A stretch of 64,000 bases of DNA from an uncultured Clostridia bacterium (GTDB lineage Bacteria > Bacillota > Clostridia > TANB77 > CAG-508): assembly GCA_934154805.1 (NCBI GenBank), contig CAKPGM010000001.1, forward strand, positions 74,711 through 138,710. The letters are read 5' to 3'. Of the stretch, positions 46,954 through 57,500 are shown one piece after another (the stretch's first letter is position 1; every line of letters begins with the position of its first letter). The position numbers and the translations under genes are program-made. The notes below the pieces were generated by a model. It had not been told where the DNA came from. It made no database searches and saw nothing but the letters and a program-made list of their open reading frames with translations.

Positions 46954-47601
46954 ATGAATAAATCAATTATTTATAAAATTTTGCTTTTATTATCTTTATT
47001 AGCTATTTTTGTTTTCTTTTCTGCTTATTCTTATGTAACTGCTGTTTCTAAAAATATTTCCGATAGTGTATTTAGATTACACGTTATTGCAAATAGTGAT
47101 TCTGATGAAGATCAAGCTTTGAAGCTTAAGGTTAGAGATAAATTATTAGAATATATGAATTCTTTATGTGCTAATACTTCTTCGAAAGAAGATGCAATGC
47201 GTATTGCAAATGAACATATTGACGATTTTTCTAAAATTGCAAAAGATGTAATTTCAGAGAACGAATATGATTATGATGTTGAAATTTCTGTTGGTGAATG
47301 TGATTTTCCAACAAAGAATTATGGAGATGTATCTCTTCCCGCTGGTATATATGACGCTCTAAGAGTTAAAATCGGATCTGCTAATGGTCATAATTGGTGG
47401 TGTGTAATGTTCCCTCCTCTTTGTTTTGTTGATGTTTCTTCTGGAGTAGTTCCCGAAGATTCTAAAGAACTTTTAGAAGATACTATGTCTGATGAGGAAT
47501 TCGATTTGATAACTGAATCAGATAATAATTCAGAAATGAATTTTAAGTTCAAACTTGTCGAATTATTCGAGAATTTTAAGTTAAAATTAGCACGCAATTA
47601 G
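46954..47601 (+). CDS. spoIIR: stage II sporulation protein R
   Basis: 215 aa. RLHVIANSDSDEDQALKLKVRD and HNWWCVMFPPLCF motifs. Confidence 0.88.
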   Translation: MNKSIIYKILLLLSLLAIFVFFSAYSYVTAVSKNISDSVFRLHVIANSDSDEDQALKLKVRDKLLEYMNSLCANTSSKEDAMRIANEHIDDFSKIAKDVISENEYDYDVEISVGECDFPTKNYGDVSLPAGIYDALRVKIGSANGHNWWCVMFPPLCFVDVSSGVVPEDSKELLEDTMSDEEFDLITESDNNSEMNFKFKLVELFENFKLKLARN

Positions 47602-47695
47602 TAATTATTTTATATTTTTCTTGTAAATCCTTCTATTTTGTGGTATATATATATTTAGACTAAAATTATATATATCAATATAGGGGGATTTTATT

Positions 47696-48955
47696 TTGGA
47701 AAAGTTAGTTATAAATGGACCAACAAGACTTCAAGGAGATGTTACAATAAGTGGAGCCAAAAATGCAGCAGTTGCAATTATTCCTGCTACTTTATTAGTT
47801 AGCGGAATTTGTACTTTGGAGAATGTTCCAAATATCAGTGATGTTAAAATTTCATGTTCTATATTAGAAAAATTAGGAGTTAAAGTTACTTGGATTTCTG
47901 AGCATTCAGTAAAAATTGATGCTCGACATATAAAACGTACATCTGCACCATTAGATATGACAAGTAAGTTCAGAGCATCTTATTATTTAATTGGTTCTTT
48001 ACTTAGCCGTTGTCATAAGGCAGAAGTTGGACTTCCTGGTGGTTGTAAATTAGGAGCTCGCCCTATAGATCAACATATAAAAGGATTTGAAGCTTTAGGT
48101 GCTTGCGTTAATACTACCCAAGGTAAGATTGTTGCGACAGCCACACATTTAACCGGAACTTCTATTTATATGGATACTGTTTCTGTTGGTGCTACTATTA
48201 ATGTTATGCTTGCTGCTGTTTTAGCTGAAGGCACAACTACTATTGATAATGCAGCTAAAGAGCCACATATAGTTGATGTTGCTAACTTTTTAAATGCTAT
48301 GGGTGCTGATATTCACGGTGCCGGTACTGATATGATAAAAATTAATGGTGTTTCTAAGTTAGAAGGCAATACTACTTATTCAATAGTTCCTGACCAGATT
48401 GAAGCTGGAACTTTTATGCTTGCTGCTGTCGCATCTAAAGGTGATGTTGTCATTCATAATTGTATTCCTGAACATTTGGATTGTTTGACAGCAAAAATTC
48501 TAGAAATGGGCGGAGAAGTCGAAGAATGTGGAGATTCTATTCACGTGTGGTGTAATGGTCGTCCTAACAAAACAAATATCAAAACTTCACCATACCCAGG
48601 TTTTCCTACAGATTTGCAACCTCAAGCTGGTGTAGTTTTGGCAGTTGCCGATGGAACAAGTATTATTAATGAAAGTATATGGGAATCTCGTTTTCAATAT
48701 ACAACTGAATTAAATAATATGGGAGCTAACATTACAGCTCAAGGAAAGACAGCCGTTTTTGAAGGCGTTGATTGTCTTCTTGGTGCTCCTGTTTATGCTT
48801 CTGATTTAAGAGCTGGTGCAGCTTTGATTATTGCTGGAATTATTGCTAATGGCGAAACTCAGTTGTTTAATTTAGAGCATATAGATAGAGGTTATGAAAA
48901 TATAGAAGATAAGTTTAGAAAACTTGGAGCAAATATACAAAGAGTAGAAGAATAG
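47696..48955 (+). CDS. murA: UDP-N-acetylglucosamine 1-carboxyvinyltransferase
   Basis: 419 aa. TTG start after GGGGGA. The GGCKLGARPID loop contains the active-site Cys. Confidence 0.92.
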   Translation: MEKLVINGPTRLQGDVTISGAKNAAVAIIPATLLVSGICTLENVPNISDVKISCSILEKLGVKVTWISEHSVKIDARHIKRTSAPLDMTSKFRASYYLIGSLLSRCHKAEVGLPGGCKLGARPIDQHIKGFEALGACVNTTQGKIVATATHLTGTSIYMDTVSVGATINVMLAAVLAEGTTTIDNAAKEPHIVDVANFLNAMGADIHGAGTDMIKINGVSKLEGNTTYSIVPDQIEAGTFMLAAVASKGDVVIHNCIPEHLDCLTAKILEMGGEVEECGDSIHVWCNGRPNKTNIKTSPYPGFPTDLQPQAGVVLAVADGTSIINESIWESRFQYTTELNNMGANITAQGKTAVFEGVDCLLGAPVYASDLRAGAALIIAGIIANGETQLFNLEHIDRGYENIEDKFRKLGANIQRVEE

Positions 48956-48965
48956 GTTAATATAT

Positions 48966-49757
48966 ATGTTTAAATTTTGTAGTTTATTTAGTGGTAGTAC
49001 AGGAAATAGTTTATTAGTAGAAACTGACAATTGTAAAGTATTAGTAGATGCCGGAGAAAGTGCAAAGAAGATTGTTAATGCACTTTCTCTTGTCAATGTT
49101 GATGTCAATGACATTGATGCTATTCTTGTCACTCACGAACATTCTGACCATATAAAGAGTTTAAGCACTCTTTCTAATAAATATAATATTCCAGTATACG
49201 CTAATTTAAATACTTGGAATGCTATGCCTGAGCAAAAGAATAAGGTTGTTTCCGAAAATCAAAATGTTTTTGTAACTAATAAAGATTTTGAAATTAAGGA
49301 TTTAAAAATACATCCTTTTTCTATTTCTCATGATGCTGCCGAACCTTGTGGGTTTAATATTTATAATAAGAAGAAAAAGATTAGTGTTGCAACAGATTTA
49401 GGACATATTTCTCCTGAACTTCTTTCTAATTTGGAGAAAAGTGTTTTTGTTCTATTAGAAGCAAACTATGATCCAGAGATATTAAAATATTCTAGATATC
49501 CATATTCTTTAAAACAACGTATTGCCGGTCCTAATGGTCATTTATCTAACAATAATTCTGGAGAAATAGTTTCATATTTAATGAAGTCAGGGCTAAACAA
49601 TGTTATGCTTGGTCATTTAAGTAAGGAAAATAATTTTCCGGAACTTGCATATAAAACTGTTGTCGAAGAGATTATTAGTAATAAATGTGACGAATCAAAT
49701 ATACATATAGGCGTTGCAAAACGTGATGGTCCTAGTAATGTAATTGATATTGCATAA
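48966..49757 (+). CDS. MBL-fold metallo-hydrolase (YycJ/WalJ-like)
   Basis: 263 aa. THEHSDH motif. Confidence 0.8.
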   Translation: MFKFCSLFSGSTGNSLLVETDNCKVLVDAGESAKKIVNALSLVNVDVNDIDAILVTHEHSDHIKSLSTLSNKYNIPVYANLNTWNAMPEQKNKVVSENQNVFVTNKDFEIKDLKIHPFSISHDAAEPCGFNIYNKKKKISVATDLGHISPELLSNLEKSVFVLLEANYDPEILKYSRYPYSLKQRIAGPNGHLSNNNSGEIVSYLMKSGLNNVMLGHLSKENNFPELAYKTVVEEIISNKCDESNIHIGVAKRDGPSNVIDIA

Positions 49758-49769
49758 AGGAGATTTATT

Positions 49770-50249
49770 ATGCTACATATTAATGTTTTATGTATTGGTA
49801 AAATTAAAGAATCTTTTTTTAGAGATGCTATCGATGAGTATTCTAAAAGACTTTCTAGATTTTGTGATTTAAAAATTACAGAGCTTCCTGATGAGAAAAT
49901 TCCTGAGAAGTGCAGTTTAAAGGTTGAAGAAGCTATTAAGGAAAAAGAGGGGCAAAATATTTTATTGCATCTAAAGAAGGATTCATATTCTATTGCTCTT
50001 GATTTAAAGGGTAAAGAATTTGATTCTGTTTCTTTTTCGCATAAAATAGATGAACTTTCTTCTATTAATAGTTCTATAACATTTATAATCGGCGGAAGTC
50101 TAGGACTTTCTCCTGCTGTTTTAAATGCTTGTTCTTCTAAGATATGCTTCTCAAAGATGACCTTTCCTCATCAATTAATTCGTATTTTCTTACTAGAACA
50201 ATTATATAGAGCTTTTAAAATATCTAATAATGAAACTTATCACAAGTAA
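49770..50249 (+). CDS. rlmH: 23S rRNA (pseudouridine1915-N3)-methyltransferase
   Basis: 159 aa. SPOUT fold, IGGSLGLS and HQLIRIFLLEQLYRAF. Confidence 0.9.
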   Translation: MLHINVLCIGKIKESFFRDAIDEYSKRLSRFCDLKITELPDEKIPEKCSLKVEEAIKEKEGQNILLHLKKDSYSIALDLKGKEFDSVSFSHKIDELSSINSSITFIIGGSLGLSPAVLNACSSKICFSKMTFPHQLIRIFLLEQLYRAFKISNNETYHK

Positions 50250-50270
50250 GGCCTTTTAGGCTTTATTTTT

Positions 50271-50798
50271 TTAGAATAAAAAATTCCATATTAAAGCTGA
50301 TGTTACCATTCCTACGAAATCAGCAATTAATGCTGCAGCAAGAACAAATCTTGTTTTTTTGACTCCTATACTACTTGTATAAACTGCAATTGTATAGAAT
50401 GTAGTTTCTGTTGATCCCATAATTGTTGAAGTTATTAGTCCTATCCTACTATCCACTCCATATGTTGTCATTATATCTGTCGCTACTGCAAGTGATGCAC
50501 TTCCAGAGATTGGTCTTAAAAGTGCAAGCGGAATTACTTCACTTGGGAATCCAATTTTATTAGTTAATATTGATATTACTTTTGTTGCCACATCCAATAT
50601 ACCAGAACTTCTTAAAACTCCTATTGCTAAGAATAATCCTAATAATGTTGGAAATATTTTTATTACTATTTCCATTCCCTCTTTTGCCCCATCTACAAAA
50701 ATATCATATATTCTTTTTTTATCTATAATTCCATAAATAATTATTACAATTATAACTGCTGGAATTGCAATTGTAGATATATAATTGATTACTTCCAT
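50271..50798 (-). CDS. spmB: spore maturation protein B
   Basis: 175 aa polytopic membrane protein, paired with spmA. Confidence 0.85.
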   Translation of the reverse strand: MEVINYISTIAIPAVIIVIIIYGIIDKKRIYDIFVDGAKEGMEIVIKIFPTLLGLFLAIGVLRSSGILDVATKVISILTNKIGFPSEVIPLALLRPISGSASLAVATDIMTTYGVDSRIGLITSTIMGSTETTFYTIAVYTSSIGVKKTRFVLAAALIADFVGMVTSALIWNFLF

Positions 50799-50812
50799 AT
50801 TCGCCTCTCATA

Positions 50813-51388
50813 TTAAAATCTTTTCATAAGAATCTTGCTTGCAATAATCCCCGCTACATCTGCTGCAATTGTCGCAATCCATACGGGAACTATTATTTGA
50901 CTTGGATTTACTGAACCAAGTGATGCTCTTACTGCTATTACTGTAGACGGAATTAATTGAATAGATGCTGTGTTTAATACTATAAACATTGCCATTGAGT
51001 CTGTTATTCTATCTTTTTGAGGATTTTTTTCCTGCATTGTTTGCATCGCTTTTAATCCCAAAGGTGTGGCAGCATTGCCTATTCCTAATAGGTTTGCAAT
51101 TATATTAATAGTTATTTCTTTATATTCTTTATCTTCTTTTTTCATTGTTGGAAATAAAAATTTCATTAGTGGTGATATAAATTTGGTTAGTTTTTTCATT
51201 AATGATGTTTCTTGTACTATTTTCATTAGACCATTCCATAAACACATTGTGCCAAATAATTTTAATATTAAATCCACAGTTTGCGCACAAGATGTGAATA
51301 TTGAGTTATTAAATTCTTCTATATTTCCATTAAATATCGCATATAAAAAAGACAATATTATAAAAGCCGGCCAAATTTTATTTAACAT
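50813..51388 (-). CDS. spmA: spore maturation protein A (nucleoside-recognition domain)
   Basis: 191 aa. MLNKIWPAFIILS start typical of SpmA. Confidence 0.85.
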   Translation of the reverse strand: MLNKIWPAFIILSFLYAIFNGNIEEFNNSIFTSCAQTVDLILKLFGTMCLWNGLMKIVQETSLMKKLTKFISPLMKFLFPTMKKEDKEYKEITINIIANLLGIGNAATPLGLKAMQTMQEKNPQKDRITDSMAMFIVLNTASIQLIPSTVIAVRASLGSVNPSQIIVPVWIATIAADVAGIIASKILMKRF

Positions 51389-51560
51389 TTTTATTACCTC
51401 TTTAAATGTATATTCTTACTCATTTTTTATATTCGTGTACTTTTTTGTTATTTTCTAAAAAAAGTCTTGCATATGAAAGTAACGCTTTGCTTCGTAAATT
51501 TTCCAATTATTTTTTACTGTTTTTGCTTGTATTCTGCAACATTTTATGTTATTATTATTG

Positions 51561-51574
51561 TATAATATGTCGAA
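51561..51574 (+). promoter_or_regulatory. abrB -10 box (TATAAT) followed immediately by a perfect Spo0A box TGTCGAA
   Basis: tataat at 51561-51566 and tgtcgaa at 51568-51574, 18 nt upstream of the abrB ATG region. This mirrors the known Spo0A repression architecture of abrB. Confidence 0.55.
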
Positions 51575-51592
51575 TTTAGGAGGAATATGTAA

Positions 51593-51853
51593 ATGAAGTC
51601 AACCGGTATTATAAGACGTGTAGATGAATTAGGAAGGATTGTTATTCCTATAGAGTTAAGAAATAAGCTAAAGATAGCAGAGAAGGATCCTATAGAAATA
51701 TATGTCGATGGTTCTTCTATTGTCCTAAAGAAGCTTGAAGAAACTTGTGTCTTCTGTGGAAGTACTAAGAATGTAACAAAATATAAAGATAAATTAATTT
51801 GTGATAAATGTATTAAAAATATTAAAGATTTAGAAGAAAATGTAGAAGAATAA
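51593..51853 (+). CDS. abrB: transition-state regulator AbrB
   Basis: 86 aa. MKSTGIIRRVDELGRIVIPIELR SpoVT/AbrB swapped-hairpin domain. Confidence 0.9.
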   Translation: MKSTGIIRRVDELGRIVIPIELRNKLKIAEKDPIEIYVDGSSIVLKKLEETCVFCGSTKNVTKYKDKLICDKCIKNIKDLEENVEE

Positions 51854-51899
51854 CTTTAACATAGAAAAACAATAGCTAAAAAAGCTATTGTTTTCTTGC

Positions 51900-52727
51900 T
51901 TATATAAACTGTTTATAAATAGTATCTTTTGCAACCTTATTGTTTTTAGCAATTTGTTTTATTGCGTCTTTTTTTGATAATCCTTTCTTGGTATAATATT
52001 CAAATTGTTTTTCTATGCTTAATTGATTTATATTTTCGATTTCTATTTGCTTTTCTGTTTTTGCATGATTTTCAAATAGTACTATATACTCGCCTTTAAC
52101 ATCGTCAAGAGTTTCTAGTACTTCTTCTATTGTGCCTCTAATAAATGTTTCATGAATTTTAGTTAGTTCTTTTGCTATTACAACTTCAATGTTCCCTAAC
52201 CTTTGCTCTATTTCTTTCAATGTTTTTATTAATCTATGTGGTGCTTCATAAAATATTATAGTTTTGTTTTGCTTTTGTATATCATCAAATTTTTCGTCTC
52301 TAAGCTTTTTATCTAGTGGCAAAAATCCATAGAATGTAAATTCTTTTGTTTCAAGTCCTGATGCTATTAGTGCATTTATTAGAGCACAAGCTCCCGGTAC
52401 AGGAATTATTTCTATTTGTTCTTTTATAGCTTCTTTTACCACTTCTTCTCCTGGATCAGATATTCCCGGAGTTCCTGCATCAGTTATGAGCCCTATGTTT
52501 TTTCCATCTTTTAATATTCTAATAAGTTCTGCTGTCTTTGTGTCTTCATTGTGTCTATGATAGCTTATCATAGGTTTTGATATTTCTAAGTAATTTAACA
52601 ATTTTAAAGAGTGTCTTGTATCTTCTGCTGCAATTATATCAACCTCTTTTAGTGTCTCAACAGCTCTATAGGTTATGTCATTTAGATTTCCTATTGGTGT
52701 TGCTATTAAATATAACTTTCCTGTCAT
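51900..52727 (-). CDS. rsmI: 16S rRNA (cytidine1402-2'-O)-methyltransferase
   Basis: 275 aa. LYLIATPIGNLNDIT and AEDTR motifs. Confidence 0.9.
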   Translation of the reverse strand: MTGKLYLIATPIGNLNDITYRAVETLKEVDIIAAEDTRHSLKLLNYLEISKPMISYHRHNEDTKTAELIRILKDGKNIGLITDAGTPGISDPGEEVVKEAIKEQIEIIPVPGACALINALIASGLETKEFTFYGFLPLDKKLRDEKFDDIQKQNKTIIFYEAPHRLIKTLKEIEQRLGNIEVVIAKELTKIHETFIRGTIEEVLETLDDVKGEYIVLFENHAKTEKQIEIENINQLSIEKQFEYYTKKGLSKKDAIKQIAKNNKVAKDTIYKQFI

Positions 52728-52729
52728 TT

Positions 52730-53482
52730 CTATTCTCCTATATTATAAATTTCTTTTATCTGCGCTGTATATTCGCCATTTTCTTCATATATATACAATG
52801 GTTCTAGAATTTTAAAGAATTTGTTAGCACCTTTTATTCCTTTTATTAAAATTAACGATGCATCTGCGTTTTTATTAGGATATACCACTTTTATTTCTTT
52901 TGGCTCTATTTTATTTTCTCTCATTTTTTGAATTATATCTGGCATTCTCTCTGGTTTATGAACCATATAGATCTCGCCTTTGTCTTTTAAAAGATTTGAT
53001 GCTATTCTTAAAAAGTCTGATAATGTCGCTTTTATCTCATGCCTTGAGATTATCTTATTATCTATATCATTTATCTTTCCTGTTCCAATTTCTTTATACG
53101 GTGGGTTCATAACAATTACGTCAAACTGATTTTTTTCTAATGACTTATTGTCAAATATTTTGTTTATGTCCATATTTAGTATTGCAAATTTATCTTCTAG
53201 ATTGTTCAGTTTTATACTTCTAGTTGCCATTTTGGCAACTTCTTCTTGTATCTCTATTCCCACTATTTCTTTTAGTGCGGTCTTTTTGCAAAGTAACAAG
53301 CCTATTATTCCTGTTCCAGTTCCCAGATCTACCACTTTGCTTCCCTTCTTTATACTTTTAGCAAAGTCTGATAGAATCACACTGTCTATACCAAAACAAA
53401 ACCCTTTAGTGTTTTGTATAATCTTAAGTCCCTTATATTGTAAGTCATCTATTCTTTCATTCTCTTTTAAAATCTCTTCCAT
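52730..53482 (-). CDS. tRNA1(Val) (adenine37-N6)-methyltransferase-like SAM methyltransferase
   Basis: 250 aa. VVDLGTGTGIIGL SAM motif and NPPY catalytic motif. Confidence 0.8.
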   Translation of the reverse strand: MEEILKENERIDDLQYKGLKIIQNTKGFCFGIDSVILSDFAKSIKKGSKVVDLGTGTGIIGLLLCKKTALKEIVGIEIQEEVAKMATRSIKLNNLEDKFAILNMDINKIFDNKSLEKNQFDVIVMNPPYKEIGTGKINDIDNKIISRHEIKATLSDFLRIASNLLKDKGEIYMVHKPERMPDIIQKMRENKIEPKEIKVVYPNKNADASLILIKGIKGANKFFKILEPLYIYEENGEYTAQIKEIYNIGE

Positions 53483-53565
53483 CTTTATATCATTCCTATC
53501 AACTTTTATTTTGCTCTTTAATATTATATATTAAATATTGAATTATGTAAATAGTGAGGTTTTGT

Positions 53566-53760
53566 ATGCAGAAAAATTTTAATAATAATTTTAATAGTAA
53601 TTTGCCATTTCACCACAATTTTTATTGTGGCAACTGTCAAAAGCCTTGTTGTTGCAATAAAAAAGAAAGCTTAATCAGCTCCCTTTTTTGTGTTGAAAAA
53701 TTTTTATGCTGTTTTCAAGATTCTTGCACCATAGTAAAATTTATCAATTTTTTTAGATAA
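53566..53760 (+). CDS. hypothetical Cys-rich 64-aa peptide
   Basis: ATG 53566 after GTGAGG. MQKNFNNNFNSNLPFHHNFYCGNCQKPCCCNKKESLISSLFCVEKFLCCFQDSCTIVKFINFFR, with 10 Cys. It is the only ORF in a 330-bp gap; coding status is unproven. Confidence 0.35.
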   Translation: MQKNFNNNFNSNLPFHHNFYCGNCQKPCCCNKKESLISSLFCVEKFLCCFQDSCTIVKFINFFR

Positions 53761-53813
53761 TTTTATATTATTATGTTAACTTTGCGTTTTTTTGACACAT
53801 TTTTTTGCATTTT

Positions 53814-54356
53814 TTATTCTGATCTCAAAAAATTGTTTTCAAAGCTTAATTCACCGTCTTCAAATTTTTTGTTCTCTTCTCCTTCAATTAATATTCTTAT
53901 TGAGTTTACCTCTGTGAGTTCTGTTAGTGTGTTCACTAGGCTTTCTATAGTTTTCTCTTCTGCTTCTTTTCCTTCTTTGTTCAAGAATTCCCTAGAGAAA
54001 TTTAGCTTAAGTGTATCTCCTTCTAATATAGCTCCTAATAATTTTGTTCCTTCTGGTATCGTTTTTTCAAGGTTTTCATTTTTAGGTCCTTCTATTAGAA
54101 AATTTATTAGCACTTTGTATGGCTCATTTATTAAATCTTTTACATCTATCATTCTAGCTTCTGGCGCAACTTCCTTAGTTTTCTTGTTGATAAAGTATAA
54201 TGATATAATTGTTTTTCTCTCTTGTTCTCCTGATATTTCCTCTTGTGGTTCATATTGAATTGTTTTTGCTGTTTTATTCTTGACAATCATAAAAATGCCT
54301 ATTATTACTGCAATTACTGCTATGATAACTATTATTTTTAGCATCTTATTTTTCAT
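53814..54356 (-). CDS. gerM: GerMN-domain (germination protein M-like) lipoprotein/membrane protein
   Basis: 180 aa. N-terminal TM segment. SLYFINKKTKEV...LINFLIEGP...LKLNFSREF pattern of the GerMN domain. Confidence 0.7.
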   Translation of the reverse strand: MKNKMLKIIVIIAVIAVIIGIFMIVKNKTAKTIQYEPQEEISGEQERKTIISLYFINKKTKEVAPEARMIDVKDLINEPYKVLINFLIEGPKNENLEKTIPEGTKLLGAILEGDTLKLNFSREFLNKEGKEAEEKTIESLVNTLTELTEVNSIRILIEGEENKKFEDGELSFENNFLRSE

Positions 54357-54445
54357 ACTATCACTTTCCCTTCTTTTTATTGTTTCTTGATAGTATGTCT
54401 ATGCTCCTTTTGCTAAAATAGAACTATTTTTTATGTTTATAAAAT

Positions 54446-54474
54446 TTGACAAATAGCTTTTTTCCGTATAAAAT
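54446..54474 (+). promoter_or_regulatory. promoter TTGACA-17 nt-TAAAAT
   Basis: ttgaca at 54446-54451 and taaaat at 54469-54474, 38 nt before ATG 54512. Confidence 0.6.
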
Positions 54475-54511
54475 TAGAGGAAGTTTATTTTTGAAGGAGA
54501 TAGATTTTTAT

Positions 54512-57500
54512 ATGAATAGATTATTACATGTAGGCCTTGATGTGGGCTCTACCACTGTAAAAATAGCTGTAATGGATGAAAATTTAAATGTCCTATATAC
54601 AAGCTATCAAAGACATTTTTCAGATACTAAAAATACTGTATGTTCAGTTTTAGAAGACTTGGCTAATTGTTTTTCTGATAGCGAATTCACAATAGCTCTA
54701 ACAGGCTCTGGTGCAATATCTGCAGCAAATTTCTTGGACGTTGCTTTTGTTCAGGAAGTTGTTGCTTGTAAAAGAGCTGTTGAAGCTTATATTCCGCAGA
54801 CAGATGTCGTTATTGAACTTGGTGGAGAAGATGCAAAAATTATATATTTTGGTAAATCAATCGAGCAACGTATGAATGGTACTTGTGCCGGTGGTACTGG
54901 TGCTTTTATTGACCAAATGGCATCTTTATTAAATACTGATGCTGAAGGATTAAATAATTTAGCTAAAAATCATACTATTATTTATCCTATTGCTTCTCGC
55001 TGTGGAGTTTTTGCAAAGACTGATGTACAGCCTTTATTAAATGAAGGTGCTGCTAAGGAAGATATTGCTGCTTCTATATTTCAAGCAGTTGTTAATCAAA
55101 CTATTAGCGGTCTTGCTTGCGGTAGGCCTTTGCGTGGTAATATAGCCTTTTTAGGTGGTCCATTAAATTATTTATCAGAATTAAAGAATCGTTTTATTGA
55201 AACACTAAACTTGACCGAAGATCAAGTTATATCACCTGCTGAGGCTCATTTGTTAGTAGCCAAAGGAGCTGCCCTTGATTCAGTTTCTTTGAAACCAATT
55301 TCTGTAGAGAAATTAAAATCAAAAATAGAAATGTTAAAAAATTCACACGATTCAACAACAAATCCATTAAAGCCTTTGTTTGTAACAGATTCGGAATATA
55401 CTGAATTTAAAGAACGCCATAACAAAGATGTCGTTCCAAAAGGCGAACTTTCAACGTATAGTGGTGATTGCTTTGTTGGTATAGATGCTGGATCTACTAC
55501 TACAAAATTAGTTGTTACTGATACAGAAGGTAAATTGTTATATTCTCTTTATTCTGGCAATGAAGGAAATCCTTTAAATAGCGTTATGAAAATGCTAAAA
55601 GAACTATATTCTGTATTGCCTAAAAGTGCAACTATACGATATAGCGGAGTTACAGGATATGGAGAAAATTTAATTAAAACAGCTTTAAACGTTGATTTAA
55701 ATGAGATCGAAACAATAGCCCATTATACTGCTGCAAAGCGTTTTATGCCAAATGTTACAAGCATTGTTGACATTGGCGGTCAAGATATGAAATATATTAA
55801 AATGAAGAATCATACTATAGATAATATTATGCTAAATGAAGCTTGTTCTTCTGGTTGTGGTTCTTTTATAGAAACATTTGCAAAGAGCTTAGGTTTAACT
55901 ATTGAAGAGTTCGTTGATGCCGCTATTTCGGCTAGAAATCCAGTTGATTTAGGCTCAAGATGTACGGTATTTATGAATTCTAAGATTAAACAGTCACAAA
56001 AAGAAGGTTATAGTGTTGGCGATATTTCTGCTGGACTTTCTTATTCTGTTATAAAAAATGCTCTCTATAAAGTTATGAAAATCAGAGATTTAAAGACTTT
56101 AGGAGCTCATATAGTCGTTCAAGGTGGTACTTTTTATAACGATGCTGTGCTTCGTGCTTTTGAACTTTTAGTTGGCAGGAATGTTGTAAGACCTGATATT
56201 GCTGGTCTTATGGGTGCCTATGGTGTTGCTCTTTTGGCACAAGAACAGTATGAAGCTAATAAAGATATGGAGTATAAATCAACTCTAGCTAGTTTAGATG
56301 AAATTAACTCATTAAAAATTGAGTCATCACACATTCGTTGTAATGGCTGTGAAAACCACTGTCTTCTTACTATTAATAAGTTTAGTAATGGTTCTAAACA
56401 TATTTCTGGTAATAGATGTGAAAAAGGTGCTGGAATTGTTTTAAAAGATAATGAATTACCTAATTTAGTAAAGTATAAGTATCAAAGAATCTTTAGCTAT
56501 ATACCTCTAGACGAAGATCACTCACCTCGTGGAACCATTGGTATTCCTAGGGTTTTAAATATGTATGAAGATTATCCTTTTTGGTTTACTTTCTTAACTA
56601 ATCTTGGATTTAGAGTAATCTTATCTGAGAAAAGCAATAGAAAAACTTACGAAAAAGGTATGGAATCAATGCCTTCAGAATCTGTATGTTATCCTGCCAA
56701 GCTTTCGCATGGTCATATAATAAGTCTTATAAAACAAGGAATAAATACAATTTTTTACCCTTGTATGCCTTATTCTAGAAAGGAATACAAATCAGCTGAT
56801 AATCGTTACAATTGCCCTATTGTAATCTCTTATTCTGAGGTTTTAAAGAACAATGTAGAAGAATTAAAAGATAAAAATATTACCTTTTTAAATCCTTTTC
56901 TACCTTTTGACCAAAAGAATTTAGTTGAAACAATTTTAGCTCTTCCAGAGTTTAAAATATATAATTTTACAAAGAAAGAGCTTACTGTTGCCGCTAGATT
57001 AGCTGAACAAGAATATCAAAAATGCAGAGCTGATATACATGCAGAAGGTCAGAAAGCCGTAGAGTTTTTAGAGAAAAATCATAAAAAAGGAATTGTTCTT
57101 GCTGGTAGACCTTATCATATTGATCCTGAAATTAATCACGGTATAGATACATTAATCACTAGTCTTGGTCTTGGAGTTATTACTGCCGATAGCATTTCAG
57201 ATAAAACCGAACCTAAAGCTCCCCTAAGAGTTGTTAATCAATGGGTATTTCATGCTAGACTATATGCTGCTGCTGATTATGTTGGAAAGCACGATAATCT
57301 AGAGCTTGTTCAACTTAACTCCTTCGGATGCGGTGTTGACGCTGTAACAACTGATCAAGTAGAAGAAATTTTATCTAGTTACAATAAAATGTACACTTTA
57401 ATAAAAATAGATGAAGTAAACAATCTAGGCGCCGTTAGAATCCGTATTCGTTCTCTATTGGCAAGTATGCAAAAACGCCAAAAAGAACAAGAAAATTCTA

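Noticed and set aside
54446-54511. N-terminal extensions given by the ORF track. The same applies at 12062-12100, 12654-12716, 13510-13614, 20865-20915, 24995-25048, 27202-27264, 37012-37092, 38054-38101, 38174-38191 and 46689-46700.
   Set aside because: In each case an internal ATG preceded by a GGAGG-like RBS gives the canonical family N-terminus. The extensions overlap promoters, terminators or the upstream gene.
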